Source: Malacoraja senta (lineage: Eukaryota). Taken from it: a stretch of 64,000 bases of DNA. This document shows positions 24,320 through 37,072 of the stretch, piece after piece (position 1 is the first letter of the stretch; each line of letters starts with the position of its first letter). The position numbers and the translations under genes were made by a program. The stretch covers positions 18,850,001 to 18,914,000 of the forward strand of contig CM075988.1 in assembly GCA_038087875.1 (NCBI GenBank), written 5' to 3'. The notes beneath the pieces are model-generated. The model saw nothing but the letters and a program-made list of their open reading frames with translations, searched no databases and was not told where the DNA came from.

Positions 24320-25740
24320 AAATAAAGGAAAACGAAAATAGAGTGAATATAGAGGGAAAAGAGTAAAAAGTAAAATGAGAAGAGAAGAAAGAAAAAGAAA
24401 AGATAAGAGAAAAAGAAAAGAGAGAAGAAAAGAAAATAAAAGAGAGATGAAAAAGAGAATGAGAAAGAAAATAAAAGAGAAAGAGAAGAAAATGAAGAAG
24501 GAATAAATATGAAAGAGAGAAAAATAAAAAGGGAAAGAGAGTAAAATAAAGAGGAAAGAGAGAAAAAGAAAAGGAAAAAGTGAAAGAGGGGAATAGGAAT
24601 AATAACAAGTCAAAGAAAGACCTAGAATTGGAGAGAAAAGGTAAAATAAAAGGGAAGAAAATAAAGAGGGAGAAAGAGAAAGGAAAGAGAAGAGAAAAAT
24701 GAACTGGAAAAGTAAAAAGGGAAGAGGAATCATGGTAAAAGGTTAAAAGGGTAAAAGAAAGACAGAAAGTAGAGGACTAGGAAAGCTCCAGCACAAGGGC
24801 CTCGAGAAAGAAATAAGGAAAGAGAAGAAAATAGAGGCACGCCACACTCTTCTATCTCACTCCTCTACCCCATCTACCTCCTCTCCTCCCTCCATCATCG
24901 CCCCCACACCTCTCTCCCCCTCCCCATCCCTCTCTCCCAACCCCCACCCCTCCCTCTCTCCTCCCCCTCCCCATCTCCCTCTCCTCACCCCTCTCCCTCT
25001 CCTCCCCTCCTCCTCCCACCCCCCATCCCTCTCTCCCCCACCCCCTTCTCCCTCCACACTCTTCCCCCTCCCTCTCCTACCCCATTTCCCTAATCCCATC
25101 CCTCCCCCACACCTCTCTCCCCCTCCCCCACACCTCTCTCCCCCTCCCCCATCCCCTCTCTCTTCCCGTCCCCCTTCCCTCTCTCCCCCCGCCCTCTTCT
25201 CCTACCCCTCTGTCCCTCATCCACCCTCTACCCCTGCCTCCCCACTCTTCCACTTCTCTCCCCCTTACCCCATCCCACTCTCTCTCCCTCCGAATCCCTC
25301 TCTCTCCCCCTCCCTTCCCCCTCCCCTCTTACCCCCCACCCTTCCTCTACCCCCTCTGTTCCTCTTCCACCACTCCCCCCCCTACACCTCTCCCCCTCCC
25401 TCCCCATTCTTCCACTTATTTCCCCCCACCCCCCATCCCCCACCCCTCCCCATTTCCCACCCCCACACCTCTCTCTCCCCGCTCCCTTCCCTCCCCCTTC
25501 CCTCTCCCCTCCCCACTCTCCCCCTCTCTGCCCCCTACCCCCTCTCCCCCTCCCACCACACTCTTCCCCATCTCCCTCCCCCACCCCTCTCTCTCCCCCC
25601 TCCCTTCCCTCTCCCTCCACACTCTACCTCCTCCCCACCCCTACCCCCACCCCCATCCCTCTCTCCCACACCCCCTTCCCTCTCCCCCCAACCCCCTACC
25701 CCATCTCCCTGCTCCCTCCCTCCCCCCCTCCCCCACACCT
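24320..25740. repeat. Low-complexity A/G tract (24320-24840) followed by a C/T tract (24850-25740)
   Basis: Base composition seen directly. Lies next to the gap, so base quality is suspect. Confidence 0.85.
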
Positions 25741-26220
25741 ACTCGGGTTCCTATTAAATTTTTTCCAACCGTGCCTCAAACCGACGTCACCTGGTTCTTG
25801 ATACTAATCAGTGCATTCACCCTATCCATTCCCCTCGTGGACTTATACATCTCTATCATATCATCCCTCACCCTTCTGCACTCCAATGAGCATAAATTCC
25901 TATTCTGTCCAATAGCTCCGTTACCCAAGTCTTGGAAACTCAAGTCATTCTCATAAATCGTCTCTGCAATCTTTCTTGCTTAACATGAAACTGAATACAT
26001 TACCATCTTGTACAACTGTAGCATTGCATCCTAACTTGTATATTCAATACCATCACTAATGAAGGCCAATGTATCAAAAGCCTTCTTGACCACCCTATCT
26101 ACCCGCCGTACCACTTTCAGGGAACTGTGTACCTGCACACCTGGAGCCCTCTGCTCTGCAGCAATCCCCAGGACCCTGCCATTCACTCTCCATCTAAGTA
26201 TGGCCCCCAAGCCATTATGT

Positions 26221-26448
26221 TTAGGAAGGAACTGCAGATTCTGGTTTAAATTGAAGATAGACACAAAATGCTGGAGTATACAGCGGGATAGGCAGGCATC
26301 TCTGGAGAGAAGGAATGGGTGATGTTTTGGTTCGAGACACTTCCGACGAGAGTCCTGAAACATCCTCTCCCACTGGAAAACCCAATCCTTCTCTCCAGAG
26401 ATGCTGCCTGTCCCGCTGAGTTACTACTCCAACATTTTGTGTCTATCT
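26221..26448. mobile_element. Fold-back Penelope-derived element with 14-bp TSD
   Basis: CCAAGCCATTATGT at 26207-26220 and 26449-26462, with inverted arms between. Confidence 0.8.
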
Positions 26449-26799
26449 CCAAGCCATTATGTCCATTTTCCGGGGGCTTCATTGTCTGTTAATTGAGTGC
26501 AGTGCAAACCCCCCTCCCTCAGCTTTATGCTGGACCACCATGTTTGGACCTTGTCTGTTCGGGTACCTGGAATGGGACTTGAGCCAAGAGTTTCATAGTC
26601 ATATCCACTGGGCCACAGCGGACAGGATCTGAAACAGTACTGCAATAACGAGAGGATCTCCATTGTAATTACCAGCTCCTCGAAGCTCCATTTGGTCTGG
26701 CAGGGAATGTGCACTCTGGAGAATGATGCAGATAGGAACAGGGTAGGGAATTTTCCAGCTGTAATCCATGTTCTGTGCCAGCCGCATCATACAGTAATA

Positions 26800-27110
26800 C
26801 AGAGATACAGTGCGGAAACAGGCCCCTCGGCCCACCAAGTCCGCGCCGACCAGCGATCCCCCCATATTAACACTATCCTACACACATGAGGGACAATTTT
26901 TACATTTTATACCAAGCCAATTAGCCAACAAACCTGTGTGTCTTTGGAGTGTGGGAGGAATCCGAAGATCTCGGAGAAAAAACCCGTGCGTTCACAGGGA
27001 GAACGTTCACACTCCGTACAGACAGCACCCGTGGTCGGGATCGAACCTGGGTCTCTGGCGCTGAAAGCGTAATAAGGCAGTAACTCTACCGCTGCGCCAC
27101 CGTGCCACCC
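26800..27110 (-). mobile_element. HE1/V-SINE-like SINE, full length
   Basis: A and B boxes on the minus strand, core and tail. Confidence 0.85.
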
Positions 27111-27263
27111 CGATCATTGATCATATCAGGCCGAGCACTGTAGGAACCGGCTGGATGGGGATTCTGTTGTTTAGTTTAGAGATACAGCATGGAAACGGGC
27201 CCTTCGGACCATGAGTCCATGCTGACCATCAATCACCCATTCACACTAGGTCTATCTTCTCTA

Positions 27264-28045
27264 TTGAATTGAATGCTATTTATTGTCATTCAAACCTAGG
27301 CTTGAACGAAATTTCATTACTACAGTTTTTTACATTACAAAAAAAACCCAAGACCCACACTTAACACAGTTTACATAAACATCCATCACAGTGAGTCTCC
27401 AATACCTCCTCACTGTGATGGAAGGCAAAGTCTTATCGCTTCCCTTTATTCTTCACCCGTGGTCCAGCAGTCCAACTGCAGCGTCTAGGCGAACTGGGGC
27501 TCCGATGTTTAAAGCCCCTGGCGGACGATGGTAAGTCCTGTGGCCATTTAGCCACGCCGGGCGATGTTAGGCCCCGGCTCCATGTCCTTTAAACCCCGCG
27601 ATTCCAGCGGGAGATGTTGCCGTTGCGGGAGCTCCGAAAAGCCGTCTCCCACCAGGGACCTGGAGCTCCCGATGTTCCTGTCCACCGGGCCTGCAGCCGG
27701 AGCTTCCGAAACTCCAAAGTCGGGTCGCAGCCGCGCGCCACCACAGCTCTCCCCGCTCCGAAGCCGGCCAGCTCTGCGATGGCAGGTCCGCAGGTCCACG
27801 ACTGGAGCGCTCAGGTTGGTCCCGGCCAGAGGCCGCCGCCGGCTCCACGATGTTAGGCCCAACGACATCGGAGACCCGACAGGGAAAAGGTCGGGTCCCC
27901 GTACAGGGAAGAGACTAACGGTTTTCCCCCACATCCCCCCCCCCCCTCCAGCCCCCACATATACATAGCTAAAAAATAATAAAAAACTAAGCTCAAGACA
28001 TATATTTAACAAGACAAAAATTAAAAAAAAGACGGACGACTGTAG
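27264..28045 (-). mobile_element. GC-rich non-coding non-autonomous retroposon, copy 2 (nested in a SINE)
   Basis: 14-bp perfect stem 27382-27395/27409-27422, terminal hairpin 27287-27308 and GACAATAAA tail. The host SINE lies at 27170-27260 and 28046-28220. Confidence 0.65.
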
Positions 28046-28742
28046 CCTACACATTAGGAACAATTTACAGAGGGCCCATTAAACCTACAAGCACGAACAT
28101 CTTTGGAATGTGGGAGGAAACCGAAGCACCTGGAGGAAGCCCTCACAGTCACAGGGGGAACGTGCAAACTCCACACAGACAGCACCCAAGATCAGGATCG
28201 AACCTGGATCTCTGGTCCTGTTTCTCGTATCAATTTCAGGCAGTAGTGTGTGTTTATAATGCAGTCTCACAACATTTTATAAGTAGTAAGGTCCATGATG
28301 TTACGATTAGCAAAATATAATGTTGATCAAAATATGATGTTAATTGGTTTGTTTCTTCATATCACCTGTCAAGAAGAGCACAAATATTTGCTTGGAGAAA
28401 CATTCACTCAGTTAACTTTAATTCTATGTGAAATCGAATTGACGCAACGGAAGGTGCATAATGGAACAATAATCTCGGCGTTCAAATATCATCTCTAATT
28501 TCCTGAATTCTATTTCTTGTGAATACCTTGACTGATTTATAACCCAGGAGAGTTTTTGACAAAAGGTCTTGAACCCATTTTGTCGAGGCTTTACTATCTG
28601 TAAACATCACCTCTCGTTAGAATCTTGTTGGGACTGAGGACATATTTTTGCTCGACATTTAGCTGCAGGTTTGTGCAGAGCACACCTTTCACAAGCTAGA
28701 TCGCATCCTGCCTTTGGTTCCTTCTCCCAGTTCAAGAATTAA

Positions 28743-29066
28743 GGGCGGTACATGGCGCAGCGGTAAAGTCTGCTGCCTTACAGTGCCAGAGACCCGGGTT
28801 CAATCCTGACTGCGGGTGCTCCAGTTTTCTACAGAGTTTGTACATTCTCCCCGTGATCTGCGTGAGTTTTTCTCCAGGTGCTCCAGTTTTCTTCCACACT
28901 CCAAAGATGTACAACAAAGATTTGTTGGCTAATTGGCTTGGTAAACATTTTTAAATTGTCCCTCGTGTGCAGGATAGTGTTAATGAGCGGGAATCGCTGG
29001 TCGGCTTGGACCCGGTGGGCCGAAGGGCCGAAGGGCCTATTTCCGCACTGTATCTCTAAACTAAAC
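28743..29066 (+). mobile_element. HE1/V-SINE-like SINE
   Basis: A and B boxes, core and tail. Confidence 0.85.
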
Positions 29067-29871
29067 GGAACTACTGAAACTTCTGCTGCACTGTGTTTTC
29101 ATTGGCAGTCTATGTGGGAAACACTGCAGTGATGTTCCGTCGATGTGAAAGGGGAGCAGCATTTTGACGTGTTGTTGGAAGCTACCAGCGCTTTTCCATC
29201 TCTCCCAGGCAATTAAGGAAGATTAGGGGAATCAGTTGTAGACTGTGGGTTAGAACAAGCAACAATGCATCGCATGCAGACCTCAGGAAAGGATTAAAGA
29301 TACAAATAGCAAACAATGCCGAGAAACCAGGGACTAAATGTGCGCGCACAAAGACTTGCAGCATGCCATTGCTCAACTCAAACTGGAGCCCTTGGCAGCG
29401 ATATGTGACCTAATTGTGGCCCTTGTCAGGAGGTACTAATTTACAGTTTTGCATTGACTGGGTCAATTGCCATTTTCAGGGGTTAAGATTTCGATAAATA
29501 GACTTTTTAATTAAATGGTGTCTGTCCATGTCTCCTTGTGTGTGACCACATCCACTAAAATGTTTTAAAAAAGAATTCCACATTCCAGTTTTATCCAAAG
29601 AGCTCAATCCCACCGTGAGCAAAGTGTCTCCACTTACATGACTGTTTTTCAATCGTATTTAGAGACAGTGGCTTCTTCCAACCGCAGTGACACACACTGC
29701 AGAAAGTTTTGTTATCTCCCAGTCATGCAGTCATCAGCGATGTGCTCTCGACACCTCATTCCATCCTGCTCCTCACTGCAACCTCTGTCCCCACCAAGCT
29801 TCCCCAAGCAAACCCATTCTCTGCAACCAGAATACCTGCTGCTTGACTGTCAGCTGAACGTCAGCTGAAGC

Positions 29872-30525
29872 CCATTTAGGACTGAGATGAGGAAATACTT
29901 CTTCACCCAGAGAGTTGGGAATCTGTGGAATTCTCTGTCACAGAAGGCAGTGCAGGCCAATTCACTGGATGTATTCAAGAGAGTTAGACAATAGACAATT
30001 GACAATAGGTGCAGGAGTAGGCCATTTGGCCCTTCGAGCCATTCAATGTGATCATGGCTGATCATCCCCAATCAGTACCCTGTTCCTGCCTTCTCCCCAT
30101 ATCCCCTGACTCCGCTATTTTTAAGAGCCCTATCTAGCTCTCTCTTGAAAGCATCCAGAGAACCTGCCTCCACCGGCCTCTGAGGCAGAGAATTCCACAG
30201 ACTCACCACTCTCTGTGAGAAAAAGTGTTTCCTCGTCTCCGTTCTAAATGGCTTACTCCTTATTCTTAAACTGTGGCCCCTGGTTCTGGACTCCCCCAAC
30301 ATCGGGAACATGTTTCCTGCCTCTAGCGTGTCCAAGCCCTTAACAATCTTATATGTTTCAATTATATGTTAGATATAGCTCTTAGGGCTAACGGAATCAA
30401 GGGATATGGGGAGAAGCAGGAATGGGGTGCGGCTCTGGGATGTTCAGCCGTGATCAGATTGAATGTTACTCAAAGGGCCAAATTGCCTACTCCTGAACCT
30501 ATTTTCTATGTTACTATGTTTCTAT
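29872..30525. mobile_element. CR1 3' end (+) with a second CR1 3' end inserted in reverse orientation (~29985-30362)
   Basis: Minus ORF 30072-30335 ends RGYGEKAGTGY*. The plus-strand copy resumes at ~30369. Confidence 0.8.
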
Positions 30526-30614
30526 GTGCCTGCTAAATGCTAAATGCTCGACTCACTTCAATATTTTCTATAACCAAATTAAAGTTATATTTATACAAAA
30601 ATTTAAAAGGCAGC

Positions 30615-30908
30615 TGAGTGGCGCAGCGGTAGAGTTGCTGCCTTGCAGCACCAGAAACCCGGGTTTGATCCTGACTACGGGTGCTTATTTGTACACAACT
30701 TGTACGTTCTCCTCGTGACCGCGTGGGTTTTTTCTGGGATCTCTGGTTTCCCCCCCCCCCCCCACCCCCCACCTCCAATTTTTGGTAGTAATTGTGAATT
30801 GTCCCTCGTGTGTGTAGGATAGTGTAAGTGTGTGGGGATCGCTGGCTGGCGCGGATTTGATGGGCCGAAGGGCCTGTTTCCACACAGTATTTCTAAACTA
30901 AACTAAAA
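30615..30908 (+). mobile_element. HE1/V-SINE-like SINE
   Basis: A and B boxes and tail. Confidence 0.8.
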
Positions 30909-31019
30909 CATCATTTGACTTGTTTGAATGTCGCTGCGATGTTTTCTCCAAGAATACACGTCATGCAAGCGATCAAATGAATTCCTGGACTTTTTCACCT
31001 GAACGCTGCCTGGGTCAGA

Positions 31020-32335
31020 GGGAGTTAACTGTAAGGAGAAGTTGGACAAACCTGGATTGTTTTCTCTGGAACGCAGGAGGTTGAGGAGAGACCTGATGGA
31101 AGTTTTAAAAATTGGAAGGCAGAAATGGGATAGTAAGTCAGAACCTTTTTCAAGGATGGAAAAATCGAATACTTAAGGGTATTGCTCGAAGGTGAGAGGG
31201 GAAAAGTTTAAAGGAGATGTGCGGGCAAGTATTTTTAACACAGAGGGTGGTGTGCCTGGTGATAGTGGCATTTATGCTTTTAGAATGGCGCATGGACATG
31301 CAGGGGGTGGAAGGGGATGGATCACGTGCAGGCAGAAGAGATTAGTTAAAGTTGGCATCATGCTTGGCATGGTCATTGTGGGCTGAAGGGCCTGTTCTTG
31401 TGCAGTACTCTTCTATGTTCTAGGACAATCAGAAGGATCAAGAATGCATTAACGCACCAGGGATAACCACTTATATCCTGCCTTCACCTGCTGGCCACTG
31501 AGCTATGGATTGCGTTTCACATTGTAATGAATCTGTACAGTCCTCAGGCAGCACAGATACAACTGCCCCTCATCCACACCGCCCGAGCATTGTCACGTTT
31601 GAGGGGAAAACTAACCAGTCTGGTGCGGGGATAGGTGAGTCACCTTGCATCCATGCAAATCGTGAACCAGAGGACATAGATTTCAGGTGAGGGGAGAAAT
31701 ATTTAATAGAAACCTGAGGGGTAACTTTGTTAAACAAAGAATGGTGGTTGTATGGAACGAGCTGCCAGAGGAGATAATTGAGACAGGTACTATTACAATT
31801 TATTAAGACACATTTAGACAGGTACATAGATAAGATAGGTTTAGAGCGATATGGGCCAAATGCAGGCAGGTGGGACTAGTGTAGATGGGACATGTTAGTC
31901 CGTGTGGGCAGGTTGGGCCGAAGGGCCTGTTTCCACGTTGTGAGAATCTGTCACTCTAAATGTGGCCTCACCAACATCTTATAAAACTGTGACAGGATCT
32001 CCCAACTTCTATACTCAATACTCTGACTAATGAAGGCCAGTGTGCCGAAAGCATTTTTGACCACCTTATCTACATGTGATGCCACTTTCCACAAACTATG
32101 TACTCCTAGATCCCTCTGTTCCACAACGCTCCCCAGAGCCCACCGTTAACTGTGTAGGTCCTGCCCATAATAGTGCTCCCAAAAATGCAACGCCTCACAT
32201 TTCTCCGTGTTAAATTCCATCAACCATTCCTCAGCCCACCTGCCCAACCGATCAAGATGCTGCTGCAATTTTTGACAACCATCTTCGCTATATACAATGC
32301 CATCCACTTCAGTGTCATCTGCAAACTTGCTAATG
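31020..32335. mobile_element. Cluster of CR1 fragments (31020-31425 +, 31685-31960 +, 31960-32335 -)
   Basis: LGLFSLE, WNELPEE and KFADDT (minus strand) remnants. Confidence 0.7.
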
Positions 32336-32344
32336 TTTCAACAG

Positions 32345-33030
32345 ACTTTGCGACCTCCGCAATTCGCTGTTGCACCGAACACCACAGCCCCACCCGGCTT
32401 GGGCCTGCTCCGCAAAGAGTGGGTCACCCTGAACCGGCTCCGTACAGGGCCGTGAGGTCTGCCACTGGTGGAGGGGGTAGACCTCACGGCCCTCGACAAC
32501 AGCACATTGAACTGGCTACAGCACCTGGAGGGCGTTACATAACTTCTGCTGCCTCAAACGCAAGAAGAAGAAGAAAGAAGAAGAAGAAGAAGAAGAAGAA
32601 GAAGAGAAGAAGAAGAAGAAGAAGAGAAGAAGAAGAAGAAGAAGAAGAAGAAGAAGAAGAAGAAGAAGAAGAAAGAGAAGAGGAAGAGGAAGAAGAGGAA
32701 GAGGAAGAGGAAGAGGAAGAAGAGGAAGAGGAAGAGGAAGGGAAGAGGAAGAGGAGGGGAAGGGGAAGGGGAAGGGGAAGGGGAAGGGGAAGGGGAAGGG
32801 GAGGGGGAGGGGGAGGGGGAGGAGGAGGAGGAGGAGGAGGAGGAGGAGGAGGAGGAGGAGGAGGAGGAGGAGGAGGAGGAGGAGGAGGAGGAGGAGGAGG
32901 AGGAGGAGGAGGGAGGAGGAGGAGGAGGAGGAGGAGGAGGAGGAGGAGGAGGAGGAGGGAGGAGGAGGAGGGGAGGAGGAGGAGGAGGAGGAGGAGGAGG
33001 AGGAGGAGGAGAGGAGAAGAAGAAGAGGAG
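32345..33030 (+). mobile_element. Vingi-like LINE 3' end with a greatly expanded (GAA)n-derived tail
   Basis: 32393-32449 reads PGLGLLRKEWVTLNRLRTG. DLTALDNSTLNWLQHLEGVT* ends at 32542. CAAACGCAAGAAGAAG leads into the purine repeats at 32563-33030. Confidence 0.7.
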
Positions 33031-34637
33031 AGACTGCCCATTGACCCCTCCCCTCCACTGCAGGGGTGGTTGGCCACAGTAGGCTCAATCCCTATGACGT
33101 GTTCTCAGGCCTCTGGGTATGGACATGCCCCCTTCGCCCAGTCCAACACAGTTAGCTAACTTATTTATGTGCCAACTGCATGACAGGGTAAGCCAGAGAG
33201 AATATTGGTATTCGATTATTATTGTCAACTGCAGATGTTGGTTTAAATCACAGATAGACGCAAAATGCTGGAGTAACTCAGCGGGACAGGCAGCATCTCT
33301 GGAGAGAAGGAATGGGTGACGTTTCGGGGCGAGACCCTTCTTTAGACTGAAGCTTTATTTTGCTTGCTATTTAGACGGATCAGATACTATACATAAATAT
33401 ATATATATGTTATACAAAAATATAATCACATCAAACTCAAGTACAATAGGTAGAGCAAAGGGGAAGATACAGAGTGCAGAATATTTAGTGTTACAGCGTT
33501 GTAACATTACAGTTACAGAGAAAAAGTGCTAGGTCCGCAATGAAGTAGGTTGGAAGATTGGCACTGCACCCTGACTTATAGGTGGGCCGTTCGCAAGTCT
33601 GACAACAGTGGGGAAGAAGCTGTTCCTGAAAGTGGTGGTATGTGGATTCAAGCTTTTGCATCCACTACCCGAAGGGAGAAGGGAGATGAGGGAATGACAG
33701 GAGTCCTTGATTATGTTGGCTAAATCAAGATAGGCCTGACTTTTTATAAATCTGAGGCAAAAACCCATGGCCTTCCCTCCAGTGGGAGCCAGGAACAGGG
33801 ATGAACTTACCAGGGATAGAAGCAGTCAGTACCTGTGGCAAGGAACATGGGTGAAGATCTCTTCAATCCTGGACTTATCCCTGACTCCCGAGGGCTTCCA
33901 AGTGAACAAGGAACATTCAGGTTGCATTGAGAACCTGGTGGAAGATTTCACAGTCAGACCTAGAGGCCACTTGATCCATCGAGTCGTGGCCAACAATCAC
34001 ATTTTTATTCTAAGTTAAAAAGAGTTCTAACGTAAAAGGAGGGGGATTGCGGGTTTCACGAGAAGCAAAATAAGCATTTTAGTTTGTTTTTTCACAAACC
34101 AGGATGTGAGCTAAATAGGAAATAAAACTCATATTTCATAGCAGAGACAGTAAATTTAAAAGCAAACAAATTCCTTGAAGCATGTGCACCCTTGTTTTGT
34201 GTCTGCTGTGGGCCCATAAATTCTACTGAGCGATCACTAAGCTATCATCCTCCAGAGACTTTAGACTTTAGAGATACAGCGGGCTCCCAGTGTAAGGCCA
34301 AATTTAGAGGAAGAATAGTGGCTATAAATGTCCTAGCAAGTTCCAAGACATTTTAAATGACCCGCTTCTGCTGCCTCCAAAACGGCAGTCACTAGTTTTG
34401 CTTAACAAGGTACTATCTTCAGACCAGTCGGTACATTTGAGTAACGTCTGACGGCTTTGTTTCCTCTTGGCTTCTTCCCGCTTCGGTCTACTTGCTTCAT
34501 TTCTGTCCTCTAAGTGGGCTCTGGAAAGGTTACACATCCACGCTAAGCCTGAATCTCCTAAACGGGCTTCCACTCAACTCTCCTTTTGAATAAACGGAGG
34601 AACAGAATGATGCTTTAAGGGAAAGTTGCAGCTCTGC

Positions 34638-34651
34638 ATTGCTATAGCAAC
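34638..34651. promoter_or_regulatory. RFX X-box-like palindrome
   Basis: ATTGCTATAGCAAC, 13/14 match to a perfect X-box palindrome, in unique sequence. Confidence 0.4.
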
Positions 34652-36091
34652 GAATTAGAGCTTCTCAAAGGTTGCTGTTGGGAGGACGCATTGATTCTTC
34701 ATTGGATGTGACATCTTTTATAGAACTCACGCAGTATACAATTTTACAGTCGTTAACCCTTTGCAGGTAGCCTCTGTCTCCTGCCAGCCCTCCTTCCGAA
34801 TTTAATCGGCAGTGGAGAAAGATTGATTTGTGTTGTTCTCCCCTCGGCAGGTTGAATTCATCATCGAGGATAATAATCAGTCACTGGAGTTACAATTAAT
34901 GGCCATTAAATTATATATGTGCAAAAAACATTCCCTTCCATTAAAATATGACACAGCTCACTGCCTCACTGGTGGAGCGGGCACATTAAACTAGGTGTGG
35001 GAAGCCATGCTGTCCTGATTACAGGCTGACTGGCTGAAAGCTGTTGGAGTCGTACAGCATGGAAACAGGCCCTTCAGCCCAACACGTCCATTCCCACCGA
35101 GATACCCCAGCTTAGCCGTCCCATTTGCCTGTGGTTGGCCCATATCCTTCCATACCCTCCTTTTCATGTACCTTTCCCAAGTGTTTTTTTAAATGTGGTG
35201 AACACTGCCCAGTCCATCATGGGTACTATTTCACCACCGTCATAGGGATCAACAGGAGTCGCTGTCTCACAAAAGGCAGACTATTTCTTCAGAGACCCAC
35301 ACCACCCTTGCCACACACTCACTTCACTCATGCCATCGGGAAGAAGATATAGGAGCCTGAAAACTGTAACATCCAGGTTCAGGAATAGCTTCTATTAAAC
35401 ACTACAACCTCCAATTAAGCCAACAACTAACTAGACGGGAGCATTGATTTTGTTTTTTTGCACTATTATTGTTTGTTTGTTTTTTATGTGTACGTATATA
35501 TATACATATGAGTGTGTGTGTATAGATATGTATACATATATATGTATGTATATATCTATATTACTAAAAGTCTCATCTTGACCACTTCCTGTTGTTCTGT
35601 ATATTGATTTTTTTTTAAACGCTGCCACTTACGGCTGTGATTTTGGGCTATCTTACTCAGAGTCCCCCATCGATGAAAAGAGTTATTAGTGTTTAAAAAA
35701 TGTTGAGATTCTCTCTCCTGAAGGCCATGCCCCTTCCGGAGGGACTATAAAACCCAGAAGTGTTGAGTGCCTCAGTCAGTCTCTGCAAGATGGGCGAGAT
35801 AACACTGAACACATGTCTACTAAACTGTGAGTGGTTTTACTGACCTGTCAGTGCCCTTAATGTGGTTTGAAAATATAGTTTGGAGATGCTAAAGCTGTGT
35901 TGCCTTTGGTTTGGAAATGCTAAAGCTGTGTTGCATTTGGCGAACCCTCTCTGCCTCTCTGCTCACGCTTCGCATTCGTAGCACCAGCACAGGATGTGCG
36001 CAGAGAGCGGTAAACAAACACATGAGGATTCATCTCACTGGGGAGCGTGAGGTAACTCACAGAGCATCTATGATCTTTGGGATAATAGGAA

Positions 36092-36893
36092 GACTATTAT
36101 CTAAATGGTGGCCGATTAGGAAAAGGGGAGATGCAACGAGACCTGGGTGTCATGGTACACCAGTCATTGAAAGTAAGCACGCAGGTACAGCAGGCAGTGA
36201 AGAAAGCGAATGCCATGTTGGCCTTTATAACAAGAGGAATCGAATATAGGAGCAAAGAGGTCCTTCTGCAGTTGTACAGAGCCCTAGTGAGACCACACCT
36301 GGAGTATTGTGTGCAGTTTTGGTCCCCTAATTTGAGGAAGGACATTCTTGCTATTGAGGGAGTGCAGCGTACGTTTACAAGGTTAATTCCCGGGTTGGCG
36401 GGACTGTCATATGCTGAGAGAATGGAGCAGCTGGGCTTGTACACTCTGGAGTTTAGAAGGATGAGAGGGCATCTCATTGAAACATATAAGATTGTTAAGG
36501 GCTTGGACACGCTAGAGGCAGTAAACATGTTCCCGATGTTGGGGGAGTCCAGAACCAGGGGCCACAGTTTAAGAATAAGGAGTAAGCCATTTAGAAAGGA
36601 GACGAGGAAACACTTTTTCTCACATAGAGTGGTGAGTCTGTGGAATTCTCTGCCTCAGAGGGCAATGGAGGCAGGTTCTCTGGATGCTTTCAAGAGAGAG
36701 CTAGATAGGCCTCTTAAAAATAGCGGAGTCAGGGGATATGGGGAGAAGGCAGGAACGGGGCACTGATTGGGGATGATCAGCCATGATCACATTGAATGGC
36801 GGTGCTGACTTGAAGGGCCAAATGGCCTACTCCTGCACCTATTATCTATTGTCTATTGTCTATTGTCTATTGTCTATTGTCTACTGTCTATTG
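36092..36893 (+). mobile_element. Young CR1-clade LINE 3' fragment with an open RT C-terminal ORF (36131-36766)
   Basis: 211 aa without a stop: QRDLGV...VKKANAMLAFI...VRPHLEYCVQFWSP...WNSLP. (TCTATTG)n tail. Confidence 0.92.
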
Positions 36894-36933
36894 AAATACT
36901 AAAGCTGTGTTACCATTGGTTTGGAAATTTTTT

Positions 36934-37072
36934 CTTGCCTAATTAAGTTGCCATGCCTAATTAAAGTTGCCTAGCCTAATTAAAGTTGCCTTGCCTAATT
37001 AAAGTTGCCTTGCCTAATTAAAGTTGCCTTGCCTAATTAAGATTGCCTTGCCTAATTAAAGTTGCCTTGCCT
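36934..37072. repeat. 19-bp tandem repeat GCCTAATTAAAGTTGCCTT, ~7 copies
   Basis: Seen directly in the sequence. Confidence 0.9.

Noticed and set aside
24092..25738. F/L/S-rich and G/E/R-rich ORFs
   Set aside because: Low-complexity tracts and an N gap.
32173..33159. 328-aa ORF with poly-K/E/G/R tracts
   Set aside because: Read-through of antisense CR1, out-of-frame Vingi and a stop-free purine microsatellite.
34830..34920. Possible host exon after TTCTCCCCTCGGCAG (VEFIIEDNNQSLELQ...)
   Set aside because: No convincing downstream donor and no recognisable protein; cannot be supported without RNA data.
36131..36766. 211-aa ORF as a domesticated host gene
   Set aside because: Near-identical to other CR1 copies in the window, 5'-truncated and lacking the RT catalytic core.
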